Part shown: positions 45,722-55,717 of the stretch, piece by piece
How positions within the stretch are numbered: position 1 is the stretch's first letter
Layout of the letters: the number at the start of each line of letters is the position of its first letter
Source: Pseudomonadota bacterium
Lineage (GTDB): Bacteria > Pseudomonadota > Alphaproteobacteria > Rickettsiales > UBA3002
Direction of reading: 5' to 3'
Assembly (NCBI GenBank): GCA_963205305.1
Contig: CAUJIC010000025.1
Span: 13,554 to 77,553, forward strand
Length of the DNA stretch: 64,000 nt
Made by a program: the position numbers and the translations under genes
Notes under the pieces: generated by a model
Database searches by the model: none
Told to the model about the DNA's origin: nothing
Seen by the model: only the letters and a program-made list of their open reading frames with translations

Positions 45722-47569
45722 CTAGGTTGTTGCGGGTGCGCCACCCTTAGCACCATCCGATGAAGGTGGTGGCGGTGCAGCGGCCACTTTGGCTTTCTTA
45801 CGAGGGTCATACGGCTCCTGCACGGGCAGGGCGGGTGGTGGCAGCAGACGCTTCTTGAAGAATGGGTCCTTGTAGTAGAAAATCTTTTTGCACTTAATGG
45901 GCGAGAAGGATTCCACAAGGATAATTTGCTCATCGCGCGGCAGCTGAATAACTTCCTGTGGCAGGAGCAGCGCACGCTGGGTTTCCGAGACTTGCATGGT
46001 ACGTGAATGGGGGTTGAAATCCACGAATTTGGGCTTGTTGTGCGATTCCTGAACGGCGGTTTTGTTACCCACCAGTTGCGAGATCATGTTCGCGGTCTCG
46101 ATGTTGTTGGCCGAGAAGGTGATGCGGTAATAGGAGTTGGAGAGGAAGCTGTTCATGCCCGCTTCTTCGTAAATGCCTTTGAGCTGCTGCGTATCCTGAA
46201 CGATGAGGAACAATTTCACGCGGAACCCACGGAAATAGGCGATACCGATTTGGAATTGCGGCATTTCACCCAGTGATGGGAACTCATCGAGCATGAAGAG
46301 TACACCGTGTGGCTCGTCTTTTTTGGGCATATTGCGCGTCATGAAGTCGGTCGCTTGCTGGTAGAATACTTTCAGCAATGGTTCGAGGCGCTGTAAGTTG
46401 TCAGGCGTCACACCGACATACACCGACTGCTTGCGCTTTTTCATCGTCTGCAAATCGAAGTCGGAGCTTGCGGTGGTAGTGTCAATCAGTGGGTTCGCCC
46501 AAAGTTCGAGCGCGGAGTTGAGGGTAGAAACTACGCCCGAGCGTTCCTTATCCGCCTTTTGCAGGAAGGAAGCGATGTTCATGTAGGCAACAGGGTGGAT
46601 TTTCCCGCCAATGGTATCGAGCACCACCGCGAGGTTATAGACCACATCGTCCGAGCGCATGGTGCGTACCACTTCACCAAAGCTGGTAATTTTCTCGGGC
46701 ACCGCGCACAGGTAGAGAATGATGCCGAGCATCAGCGAGCGTGCTTCGTTCTGCCAGAATTCCTGCTCGGGCAGCACAAGGTTACAGATTTTCTGGACGT
46801 CATCGACCATCTGGCCAGGTTTTTCGGAAATCCAATCCAGCGGGTTATAGCAATGCGAAATACCGTTCGGGTCGGCGGGGTTCCAGTAATAGGTTTTTTG
46901 GCCAAGTTTTTGTGAGCGATAGCCGCTGGTCAGCTCGTAGTTCTCGCCCTTGATGTCGTGAATGATAACGGATTCTTCCCAGAATAATAAGTTTGGAATC
47001 ACGAAGCCGACACCCTTACCCGAACCTGTTGGTGCAAAGAGTAATACGTGCTGGAAATCATCCGCAATCAGGTAGTTTGCGGTGCCAGTGCGCCCCATGA
47101 GGAGGCCTTTTTTGGCGCGCAGCTTAGCGCGGCGCAGGTCAGATTCATCCGACCATTTGGCATCACCGTGGATTTTTTCTTTCTCGCGGAAGGGGCGAAA
47201 ATCAATCAGCGGTGCGCGCATGAGAAAGAGGGTGAACAGGCCAAGAAAACCGCCGGCGGCTAGTGGACCATAGAATTTAGCATCGAACGCGGCATTGAAA
47301 TAGGCTTCGCGGTAGCGCGGGTCCTGTTTGTAATACACCGCTTGTTTGTGAATGTCGCCATAGCCCTTCAGGATGCCTTTGGGGTTGGATGCGGACATGG
47401 CATACGTGAGCATGGAAGCAGGAGGCTGGTGATAGATACTGAGGATGTAGCGGTGGCCAAGGGTGAAGCCTGTCGCCATGCCGATATAGGTCGGGATGAG
47501 TAGCGTCGCCAGAATGATGGCAATGAGCAGCAGCTTAGTTAAAAGTTTCTGGACGGGCTCGGGCATCAT
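45722..47569 (-). CDS. virD4: Type IV secretion coupling protein VirD4
   Basis: Two N-terminal TM segments, Walker A FAPTGSGKGVGFVIPN, and the LFMLDEFPSLG Walker B region. Confidence 0.9.
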   Translation of the reverse strand: MMPEPVQKLLTKLLLIAIILATLLIPTYIGMATGFTLGHRYILSIYHQPPASMLTYAMSASNPKGILKGYGDIHKQAVYYKQDPRYREAYFNAAFDAKFYGPLAAGGFLGLFTLFLMRAPLIDFRPFREKEKIHGDAKWSDESDLRRAKLRAKKGLLMGRTGTANYLIADDFQHVLLFAPTGSGKGVGFVIPNLLFWEESVIIHDIKGENYELTSGYRSQKLGQKTYYWNPADPNGISHCYNPLDWISEKPGQMVDDVQKICNLVLPEQEFWQNEARSLMLGIILYLCAVPEKITSFGEVVRTMRSDDVVYNLAVVLDTIGGKIHPVAYMNIASFLQKADKERSGVVSTLNSALELWANPLIDTTTASSDFDLQTMKKRKQSVYVGVTPDNLQRLEPLLKVFYQQATDFMTRNMPKKDEPHGVLFMLDEFPSLGEMPQFQIGIAYFRGFRVKLFLIVQDTQQLKGIYEEAGMNSFLSNSYYRITFSANNIETANMISQLVGNKTAVQESHNKPKFVDFNPHSRTMQVSETQRALLLPQEVIQLPRDEQIILVESFSPIKCKKIFYYKDPFFKKRLLPPPALPVQEPYDPRKKAKVAAAPPPPSSDGAKGGAPATT

Positions 47570-47669
47570 AGGGTGCTAGGCTTTCCACGCGGGTTATGGG
47601 GTGGTTATACACGATGCGGGTTGAGGGTGAAAGTACGAAAAACATGCCTGTGGTTGACATGCATATGCA

Positions 47670-48668
47670 TTAGTGGCCGCCTGGTTTGAAATAGACTTCG
47701 CTTACGTAACGGCGGCCTTTCTCGCCGCGTTTCAGCTGGACGATGACTTGGATGACGTTCTCGACATAGGCTTTGATTTGGTCACGCGTGATGCCAAGAT
47801 CGGCTTGCATAATCATGAGGATAAGTTGTTCGATTGCCAACGCAGGCGCATCGGCATGCACCGTTGCGATGGAACCAGGGTGACCGGTGTTGACAGCGCG
47901 CAGGTAGGAGAATGCCTCGGCGCCGCGTAACTCGCCGACGATGATACGATCGGGGCGCAAACGCAGGCAGGCCTCGATGAGCTCTTGCGTGGTTACTTTC
48001 GCGCGGCCTTGGCCACCCTTACTGACCATAAGGTGAACGCGGTTAGGGATGTGGTCGATTTGCACCTCGCGCGCATCCTCCACCGTAATGATGCGCTCCT
48101 CGGAAGGGATTTCGCCAAGTGCTGCGTTCATGAAGGTGGTCTTACCGGTCGAGGTACCACCGCTGATGATCATGTTTTTCTTGCCTTTGACGGCTTTTGA
48201 AATGAAATTTTTGACATCACCGCGCGCATACAAATCCATCAGTTCGTCATCGAGCGGATCACTGACGGCAGCCACGGTTTTGGTTTGCAGGAAGGCGCCT
48301 TTTTCTTCGTACTCGTTCAGTGTCATCACCACGTTGGCTTGTTTACGTATAGACATGGCGATGCCATTATCGGCGCATGCGGGCGGGAAAACGACTTGGA
48401 TACGATAGCCACCAGGGAGGGTGGCGGAAAGTAGTGGCTTCTCCTCGCTAATGTTTTGGTTCGTGGATTGTGCGATGAGGTGGGAGAGCGATTCAAGATG
48501 GTGATGGGTGAGCAGCGGCAAGCTTTCAAGTCGCATAGTACCGTATTTCTCAATCCATGCCTCGCCGGGGCGATTTATGGAAATCTCCTGAATACCGTCT
48601 TCGGCAAAGAGTGCCGCAAGCGGATCAAGAAATGTATCGAGTGCGGTAAATGACATAAAAGCGTGCAC
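47670..48668 (-). CDS. virB11: Type IV secretion ATPase VirB11
   Basis: Walker A ISGGTSTGKTTF, RPDRIIVGELRG, and the His box NTGHPGSIATVHA. Confidence 0.9.
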   Translation of the reverse strand: MHAFMSFTALDTFLDPLAALFAEDGIQEISINRPGEAWIEKYGTMRLESLPLLTHHHLESLSHLIAQSTNQNISEEKPLLSATLPGGYRIQVVFPPACADNGIAMSIRKQANVVMTLNEYEEKGAFLQTKTVAAVSDPLDDELMDLYARGDVKNFISKAVKGKKNMIISGGTSTGKTTFMNAALGEIPSEERIITVEDAREVQIDHIPNRVHLMVSKGGQGRAKVTTQELIEACLRLRPDRIIVGELRGAEAFSYLRAVNTGHPGSIATVHADAPALAIEQLILMIMQADLGITRDQIKAYVENVIQVIVQLKRGEKGRRYVSEVYFKPGGH

Positions 48669-48694
48669 CTAAAGTCGAAGTAAGGGTTGGTGTG

Positions 48695-49936
48695 CTACTC
48701 GATAACGCGTGAGCCCGTCGCCGTATCGCCAGGGAACACAACATCCTTGTTGACGAAGACATTAACAACGGTGCCCTGATCAACTAGAATCGTTGGAGCA
48801 ACGTTCATGAACTTCGCAATGAACCCTTCTGACACTGCACCAAGGCGATCAAGCGCTTTGCTAGTGGCGCTGGTAGCCGCATCACCCGAAGTTTGGGTGC
48901 CGCCATTCGGATCGTTGGTAGTGGTGGTGGTGCCGCCCGTAATTTCATCCGAACCAATGGCAAGAGCAATATTCATGACGCTGGCCATCAAAGAACGCGA
49001 GAAAATCTCTTGGAACTTGCTGTCAACCTGACCACTGACGCCTGCGCGGCCAATGCCATCGACCAGCGGTGATCCCAGCATAACATCCACCCCATCAGGG
49101 CGAATAACGCGTGTCCAGATAACGAGTACGCGGGTTTGTCCTCCCGTGATGGATGAGTTGTAGGAGCCAATAAGACGCGAACCTTTAGGAATAAGCGGAA
49201 TGTTGCCCGCTTCGCCATACGTATCGCGCGAAACAATCGCACGGATAGGAGCGGAGAGATCAGTATCGAGCGCCGATTCCATGGTCGCTTGGATGATGCG
49301 GCCCTGACCAATGGTGCGCCGAAGGTCGCCCTTCATGCGGGTAGCAGCTATGGTTTCAACCTTGGTGGCTGCGGCATCGCGTGCGAATTGTGCATTGGAA
49401 TCGAGCTGAGCAGCGCCAGAATCTCCGCCAAGCGCGGCACTCACGCTATCAGCAGCCGAAGATCCGCCGCCATCTTGAACGAGCATGGTAGAGTGTAGGC
49501 GTGCGCGCATCTGCTCTTGGGCAGCACTCTGAGCCTTGGGATCAAGCTCTACCCCTTGGCTGTTGAGGGTGGAAATATTTGGTACATCGATAGGATCTGG
49601 GAGCGATGGCGCAACAATATCAACGGGCGGCTGCAAATCAGGCGCGGGATCGAGCTCAGGCAGAGGCGGCGGTTCTATAGGTTTAGGCGCAATCGTAATC
49701 TCTTTCTGTTTTTCCGCCACTTCCTTTTTTTCGCTGCCAAAAAAGATATTGTAGAGGAGAAATAGAATGGCAGCGCCCACAATGCCAAGCACCAAAAAGG
49801 TTTTCCCTGCTTTTGCGGCAACGTCGGGTGCACCCTCAGGAAGATCTTCCTCTAGTGGTGCAGCGCCACTCACCTGATCAATAAGGCCATCATTTGTTTC
49901 GAATGGATTCTCGGGGGGTTGTTCTAGATCAGCCAT
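48695..49936 (-). CDS. virB10: Type IV secretion protein VirB10
   Basis: N-terminal TM segment, a Pro-rich linker, and the C-terminal TrbI/VirB10 barrel (IPKGSRLIGSY...TRVLVIWTRVIRPDG). Confidence 0.85.
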   Translation of the reverse strand: MADLEQPPENPFETNDGLIDQVSGAAPLEEDLPEGAPDVAAKAGKTFLVLGIVGAAILFLLYNIFFGSEKKEVAEKQKEITIAPKPIEPPPLPELDPAPDLQPPVDIVAPSLPDPIDVPNISTLNSQGVELDPKAQSAAQEQMRARLHSTMLVQDGGGSSAADSVSAALGGDSGAAQLDSNAQFARDAAATKVETIAATRMKGDLRRTIGQGRIIQATMESALDTDLSAPIRAIVSRDTYGEAGNIPLIPKGSRLIGSYNSSITGGQTRVLVIWTRVIRPDGVDVMLGSPLVDGIGRAGVSGQVDSKFQEIFSRSLMASVMNIALAIGSDEITGGTTTTTNDPNGGTQTSGDAATSATSKALDRLGAVSEGFIAKFMNVAPTILVDQGTVVNVFVNKDVVFPGDTATGSRVIE

Positions 49937-50712
49937 TAGATAACCCCATTTGCTTCGTTAAACACAACCACTTGATCCGCCCCTTGACGGATACTAAAGC
50001 GTGGCGCAACCGCGTTAACACTCACGAGACCATCGCTCAGACGTGTCACCGCTACATCCAGTGTTTCACCTTTTGCGGTGATGACTGAAATCTGCGGAGA
50101 GGCATTAGGTGGAAATTTAAAAAATGTGGTGCGGCCATCATCGTATATTTTGACTGGTGCCAAAGTGGTCGGACCCGTGAAGGTGTAGCGATAATTATAG
50201 GCGGACGGCGCAGCAAGCGATTCGGGCGCGGCTGCAGCAACGGGAGCTGGCGCCGGCACGGGCTTGTTGTAAGCCGTTGTGCGCGCTGAAGCTGCCTCAT
50301 CCGGATAGAAGAAGCGAACGACATAGGTTAACTCGGCGCTACCAAACACGGCATCGGCCGAAGAGGAGCGAAGGTCGAACTGATAGGCGCGAAAGTTGGT
50401 GACCACGGTCATGTTGGTATGCGCATTTTCTTCCATCGCGCGAATGAAGAGGCGGCGACCAGCGGGGCTGATTTGCCACGCCACGCGATCTCCCACCGAA
50501 ATGGTTTCGATGGTCTCTTTATCACCAAACTCGATATTGCTCTGGTACCCATAATGAGTGGTGACCGCAAAAACCTCGTTCGGATTGAACACCAGCGTTT
50601 TGATGCGGCTATCCGTAGTAATGGGCTGAGCCCAAGCGCTAGGTGTGATAGATGTCGCTGCCAGTATGGCGGCAACGACGACATGACGCAGACGGGGATA
50701 GGAGCGAACCAT
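49936..50712 (-). CDS. virB9: Type IV secretion protein VirB9
   Basis: Signal peptide plus VirB9/CagX-like N-terminal domain (IKTLVFNPNEVFAVTTHYGYQSNIEF...NMTVVTNFRAYQFDL). Its ends overlap virB8 and virB10 by 1 nt each. Confidence 0.8.
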   Translation of the reverse strand: MVRSYPRLRHVVVAAILAATSITPSAWAQPITTDSRIKTLVFNPNEVFAVTTHYGYQSNIEFGDKETIETISVGDRVAWQISPAGRRLFIRAMEENAHTNMTVVTNFRAYQFDLRSSSADAVFGSAELTYVVRFFYPDEAASARTTAYNKPVPAPAPVAAAAPESLAAPSAYNYRYTFTGPTTLAPVKIYDDGRTTFFKFPPNASPQISVITAKGETLDVAVTRLSDGLVSVNAVAPRFSIRQGADQVVVFNEANGVI

Positions 50713-51422
50713 TATTGAACCTCTGGCTGGATTTGATAAGAAGTGACCATATAGCCAAGCGGGTTATGTAGCTGATCTTCTTCGTTGAGTTTTAAGTCAG
50801 CATATTCAAACGTAACCGTGACAATCCATGTTTTTAGACCCGCCGCACCACTTGGCCCTGTTTCGTTCGTGGTAACGCGTGCCTGAAGAATTTTAGAGGC
50901 AGTTGGTGCATCGGCCTTATCGGATCTTTTGCTGGGGTTGACAATAAAGATCATGGAGTTGATGCGTACATCGCGCTGGCCAAGCGTACCCAAGCGCTTC
51001 ACAAAGCCATCCTCGTTTTCGGGGCTGACCTCGGTGCGGAATGCGTTGAATATGGTGGGTGCACTCATCAGGCGTACAACGTTGTAGTTGTAGCGCAGGA
51101 TGTTGTAGTTGTAGCTTTCGCGCATGCGAATATAGGTGGAGGTGAAATAGCGATCCACCGATTCGTTTGCTGCGTATTCGTTGCGGCTAACGGGATTGAC
51201 GCGCTGGGTGAGGCCAGTTTTTTCGTCAATCTGAATTAGGTAGGGATCCACCGATTTAAGGGGGGCGAGGCGCATCACCGCAAAAGCAGCAACGGTGGCG
51301 GCTAGTAACGAACCAATAGCGATAAGTGCCAGCAGATTACGCTGGGTAAGGACGTGCTGGTATTTATCTTGATACCAGTGTTTAGAGCCGTCTGATACTT
51401 CTTGTTGTTTGCGCTTGAACAT
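50712..51422 (-). CDS. virB8: Type IV secretion protein VirB8
   Basis: Bitopic protein with the VirB8 periplasmic domain (DPYLIQIDEKTG...; NPLGYMVTSYQ). Confidence 0.75.
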   Translation of the reverse strand: MFKRKQQEVSDGSKHWYQDKYQHVLTQRNLLALIAIGSLLAATVAAFAVMRLAPLKSVDPYLIQIDEKTGLTQRVNPVSRNEYAANESVDRYFTSTYIRMRESYNYNILRYNYNVVRLMSAPTIFNAFRTEVSPENEDGFVKRLGTLGQRDVRINSMIFIVNPSKRSDKADAPTASKILQARVTTNETGPSGAAGLKTWIVTVTFEYADLKLNEEDQLHNPLGYMVTSYQIQPEVQ

Positions 51423-51554
51423 CCATAAACCACGCTAATTAGTGGGTTCTAATTTAAGCGGTCACTATATCTAGTGTCTTTTGAATTGCAAGCGGTGGGG
51501 ATAAGTTATCCCGCATTTGGTGATTTATTAATCGTGGGTGATGCGCAGGTGCGC

Positions 51555-53219
51555 TTATTTACCAAAATCACGTGGATTAGAAATCCACTGATCCCAACTA
51601 AAGGACCTTGAACTGTGCGCTTGGATGCCTTCTTTGGTGCTTAAGTCGTAACCGTAAATACTTTTATCTTTATATTTACCAGTCAGCATTGCTTCGATGC
51701 CGTCGCGTACGCCTTGTACGGAGCCCGTTAAGGCATCGCCACCGCTATCAGCGGTGCTGCGCGAAAATCCTTCGCTAAAGTCACGGGCTCTGCGTTCACC
51801 AGGGACAACGAGGGTCTCGCCGTACCCGCCCCCACCCATTTGTGGGACATACGATGCACCCATGGTAGAACCCAAACGCTGCGCCAGTTGGGGTAACATT
51901 GCCAACAAGCGCTCGATCACCACGGCCAGAACAATGAGCGAAAGGATGCCATTGCCAAGCAGCGTGAGTAATGCGCCCATCTGGCCATTAAGCTGATCAG
52001 GGGAGACCGCAACAGTGACGGTGATGGGTGTGCGGCCTAAGTTGTCGGTTGCAGGCGCATTGGGATTGGGAAGTGCGCCTGTCGCGTTAGGTACATTGGT
52101 TGGTGTAGTAATATTGCACAGCAGTTGCGCCTGCCGAATGAAATCGTCATCCCGATCTGTCATGATGCGTGCATTATTTGCTCTATCCACGATTCTAAAG
52201 TCGCATAGGGTGCAGTAACGCCACGGCAAGCGGAAGGCAGTGGTTTCGGGTGCTTGCGATTGGTACATGATAAGATCGGATAAGTTGGAAGTCATGCTGG
52301 AAACGTTCAGCGACAAAATAAACGTGAGGAATGCAAACAGCATCACGACCTGCACCACCATGGAAATCATGTAGCCGAGCCATTTATTGAAAATTTCTTG
52401 CGTCGGTTTAAATAAGTAGAAACACACAAATATGGGCGCGAGAATAATGAGGAACGTGACCCCGAAAATGGCATAGATATAGCCAAAAATAGCGCGAAAG
52501 AAGGAAAAGAGAATTTTGGCAATCAGCGCGAGTGCGAAATACGCTACCATGGGGAAGGCTAAGGACATGGTGGCTATTACCGCAAAAATAGCATTTTGAC
52601 ATTGCTGAGTACCCACGCCTGATCCAGTGCCGCCGATGGCGTATCCCAGAATTTGCTCCAAGAAATTATCGAGGAGCTGGAATGCTTCGGCACCCGTGGT
52701 GGCACCTGTTATACCCATACCATTGAGGATAATCGTCACGCCATCCGTCAATCCCGTAATCAAGAGTCGGTAGGCGACACCGATAAGAAAGTCGGCGTTG
52801 GTGGCGAAGGCGACGACAAAGGCAATTTTAAGTAGAAATGCGATGGCTTCTGCCCCAGTCGCAGCGGTGAGGCCGATGGTAAACGAAACGCCGAAAAACA
52901 CCACCGCGATGGTAAGCATGCCCCATACATAGGGCTCGAGGTTGAAGATAAGGCCGCAATACATATGGCCAAGAATATTGCTCGCAAGCTGCTGCATGTT
53001 GCACACGAGGAATGAAAAGATATTGTCGAAGCCAAGTGTCGTTGGACAGCTGCCACTTAATAGCGAAAGCTGACCAGTAGCAGTGCCACCTGCGCAGCTA
53101 AGTCCACCCAATGTAATGTCATCGCCAATCGCAAGTGCGAGTGGTGGATACAATACGATGAATATGCCAGTAATCAGCAGCCAGCCCATAAGCCAGTTGG
53201 TGGCAGGTGCGCGCATCAT
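51555..53219 (-). CDS. virB6: Type IV secretion protein VirB6/TrbL family, enlarged (554 aa)
   Basis: Signal-like N-terminus, then a block of 6 or more TM segments, then a ~170-aa hydrophilic C-terminal extension. The position between virB4 and virB8 supports the call. Confidence 0.7.
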   Translation of the reverse strand: MMRAPATNWLMGWLLITGIFIVLYPPLALAIGDDITLGGLSCAGGTATGQLSLLSGSCPTTLGFDNIFSFLVCNMQQLASNILGHMYCGLIFNLEPYVWGMLTIAVVFFGVSFTIGLTAATGAEAIAFLLKIAFVVAFATNADFLIGVAYRLLITGLTDGVTIILNGMGITGATTGAEAFQLLDNFLEQILGYAIGGTGSGVGTQQCQNAIFAVIATMSLAFPMVAYFALALIAKILFSFFRAIFGYIYAIFGVTFLIILAPIFVCFYLFKPTQEIFNKWLGYMISMVVQVVMLFAFLTFILSLNVSSMTSNLSDLIMYQSQAPETTAFRLPWRYCTLCDFRIVDRANNARIMTDRDDDFIRQAQLLCNITTPTNVPNATGALPNPNAPATDNLGRTPITVTVAVSPDQLNGQMGALLTLLGNGILSLIVLAVVIERLLAMLPQLAQRLGSTMGASYVPQMGGGGYGETLVVPGERRARDFSEGFSRSTADSGGDALTGSVQGVRDGIEAMLTGKYKDKSIYGYDLSTKEGIQAHSSRSFSWDQWISNPRDFGK

Positions 53220-55576
53220 CCGATTACCTTTTCGCCCGCCGCCATCGTCGTGGATGGTGTCTTACCGCGCAGCGTTTGTAAGGTCAGCGGCGGCATCCCG
53301 CTAAGGGCCGCGCGAATGACGACAGCTTCATTGCCACGCTTTTGTAACACCTGGCGGTTGGCGCCGCTCATATAGCTGAGGGTTGAGATATCTTCGGCGC
53401 TGAATCCAAAGCCCATACTATACGCAGGATTGGGCTGGCCATCGGGCATTGCGAAAATGGTGGCCGCCTTGGCTGCGATGACCGAGCAATAGGCATAATC
53501 GGCGCTTTGCTCGACGTTCGCGGTGGTGATGAGGCTCGCGGCGTTGTTTTGCGTCAGGTAATCGCACCAGCCACCTGCGCGCGCACTGAACAGGGGTGTG
53601 CTGAGTATGTTAAAGCCATCCTCGAGCACAATGAGTGTCGGTGCCCCGTTTAACATTCCCGTCAGGCGATGCAGCAGGTAGCCAGTGAGCGGTGCGCGGG
53701 TGGCGGGGTTAGTCATCCAGCGGCTAATATCCCAGCAGCTAAGCTTGCCAACCGCGAATGTATCCTCGGGCATGTCGAATAGTTCGCCAAATTCACCGCC
53801 AGCCGCATAGCGCTGGAGGGAATTGGCGAGCAGGCCATCGGCCTCACGGATGACGGCGATCATCGCCGACATACGCCGCTGCTCGCGTGGTAACTGCATG
53901 ACGCTTGTAATTACATGTTGAAAGAAACCGAGTGTGCTGCGGTTGAGCTGCGTACCGTAGGGGTCGATGAGTGTGGAGAGCCATAGCGCCAAGAACTCGC
54001 GGTTAGCAGGTGTATCGGGCAGTTGCAGCGGGTTAAGTTTGCAATCGGGGCTACCCGGCGTGTGCATTTGGCCGCCCATCGCTGTAATGAAGGGTCCTGC
54101 TCGCCCCGTTGCATCGAGATACCAGATGGCCAGCGGCAATTTACGCGTCTGCGATAACAGGAAATGCGTGAAGGTGGTGCGCCCCGAACCTGGGTTGCCA
54201 AGGATAATGGTGTGCGCCGATTGCTGGCGGTGAAGGTTGAAATAATACGGTGCATCCTGAACGGTGGTGAACACAGTAACAGGTGGCCCCCACGGTGAGC
54301 CAGCCGCGTTGCCCATGGGTGCAGCTTGTAGGTTCACAAAGCCTGCGAGGTGGTCGGTATCCACGGAATTGTTGCGCGCAATGAAGGTGAAATTGGCAGG
54401 CAACTGCGACCAGTAGCAATTCTCGAAACGCAAATCCTCACGGATGACGATAAGTCCTAAGCGATTAAGTGATCGCTGTACCATGCGCACATTGGATTCA
54501 AGCTGGGTAACGCTGGGAGCAATAAGGAAGACGGTGGTTTGTTGCTGACCGAAATTCATGTGCAAATCATCCTCGCGGGCACTCATGAGGCGGTCAATTT
54601 CCATCCATTTCGCGAGTTCGGTGTCGCCGCTATAACGCAGGTATTTGGCTTGTTTCTGGTAGGCATCCTGCGCTTGCGCCGCGCCTGTGAAATCAAAGCA
54701 CTGGCTGACGATAAGTTCGCATGGAACCTCGAGGAATTTATCAATGCCGGCGAGGGTGGATTCCTTATACTCTTTCAAGGTAAGGATGGCAGCAAAGCGT
54801 CGCATCCCATCGGCCGTGCGCACTTCCATGGCGTTGAAACCGAACGTAATCTCCCCACTTGTTAGCACGTGCGATAAATCGCGATCGGGTACGGGTATGG
54901 GGCGCTCTTCGAGGTTGATAAGTTTTTCGAGGAATTCGAGTTGCTCGCTGTAGAATACGCCATTGCGCTCGACCATGGTTAGTCGGGCGGCACCAAAAGG
55001 GCTGAGCATTTTTAGCATCGCGGCACTGGTGGCATTAAGCTCGCTAAGCGCGGTGTCGAGGGCATCGCTGCGCGCGGTATAATAACGCTTAGGCAGAAGG
55101 CTTTGCACAAGAACGTTGCGGTTGCTAAGGCTGGTATCCTCGCCCGCAAGGACTAGGGTGACATAGAGTTCGTTCACGTATGAAAGTGAACTTGGTTGGC
55201 TCGCGCGCCATGTCTCGTCGATTTTACCGCTAAAAGGATCAGCAAAATGGGTGCGTGCACCGCCGTGCTGTTTACGGCGCAACGTGTGTAGCCAAATGGC
55301 GTAGCGATCGTTCGGCACAGTTTTTTTGATGGCGGTGCGAATAGCAGTGCGAAGATCGCCCGCCTGCACATCGTAGCCCAACCCTGTGATTTTGATGGTT
55401 TGCAGCAACTCACCATCTTTGGTGACGATGGTGGAGGGGTCGTACAAACACGCATAGGGCACGAAATCGGACTCAATAACATCGTCGGCAATATCGACGA
55501 ATGTCTCCAACTCTTTGCTGGAAAGGTCGTGGTTCTTTTTTTTGGATTTCTTTGGAGCGGTTTTTGTGGTGGCCAT
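53216..55576 (-). CDS. virB4: Type IV secretion ATPase VirB4
   Basis: CagE/TrbE/VirB4 N-terminus (FVPYACLYDPSTIVTKDGELLQTIKITG), Walker A LGNPGSGRTTF, and LIVLEDGF Walker B. No TM (VirB3-like) segment is fused. Confidence 0.9.
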   Translation of the reverse strand: MATTKTAPKKSKKKNHDLSSKELETFVDIADDVIESDFVPYACLYDPSTIVTKDGELLQTIKITGLGYDVQAGDLRTAIRTAIKKTVPNDRYAIWLHTLRRKQHGGARTHFADPFSGKIDETWRASQPSSLSYVNELYVTLVLAGEDTSLSNRNVLVQSLLPKRYYTARSDALDTALSELNATSAAMLKMLSPFGAARLTMVERNGVFYSEQLEFLEKLINLEERPIPVPDRDLSHVLTSGEITFGFNAMEVRTADGMRRFAAILTLKEYKESTLAGIDKFLEVPCELIVSQCFDFTGAAQAQDAYQKQAKYLRYSGDTELAKWMEIDRLMSAREDDLHMNFGQQQTTVFLIAPSVTQLESNVRMVQRSLNRLGLIVIREDLRFENCYWSQLPANFTFIARNNSVDTDHLAGFVNLQAAPMGNAAGSPWGPPVTVFTTVQDAPYYFNLHRQQSAHTIILGNPGSGRTTFTHFLLSQTRKLPLAIWYLDATGRAGPFITAMGGQMHTPGSPDCKLNPLQLPDTPANREFLALWLSTLIDPYGTQLNRSTLGFFQHVITSVMQLPREQRRMSAMIAVIREADGLLANSLQRYAAGGEFGELFDMPEDTFAVGKLSCWDISRWMTNPATRAPLTGYLLHRLTGMLNGAPTLIVLEDGFNILSTPLFSARAGGWCDYLTQNNAASLITTANVEQSADYAYCSVIAAKAATIFAMPDGQPNPAYSMGFGFSAEDISTLSYMSGANRQVLQKRGNEAVVIRAALSGMPPLTLQTLRGKTPSTTMAAGEKVIG

Positions 55577-55670
55577 ACAAACTCGTTAGTCATCGAATGA
55601 TGGAATGACACACTCCAGAATGAGCCACGCGGGGGCTCGGGGGAATATAAGGGACTTTAGTTAAGTAGTA

Positions 55671-55700
55671 GTGGGCGCCACCGTTTAAGGTGACGCCCAC
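55671..55700 (-). terminator. Strong stem-loop just after virB2 (intra-operon attenuator or RNA-stability element)
   Basis: The minus strand reads GTGGGCGTCACC-ttaaac-GGTGGCGCCCAC, 18 nt downstream of the virB2 stop. The following U-tract is weak. Confidence 0.5.
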
Positions 55701-55717
55701 ATTTAAGCCTTAGCTCG

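Noticed and set aside
55577-55717. Search for a hidden virB3 between virB2 and virB4, and for a virB7 lipoprotein in 51423-51554.
   Set aside because: Both gaps are too short (141 and 132 bp) and contain only a 17-codon frame without a TM segment or lipobox. The 145-aa track ORF 55174-55611 is an out-of-frame shadow of virB4 with no hydrophobic segment.
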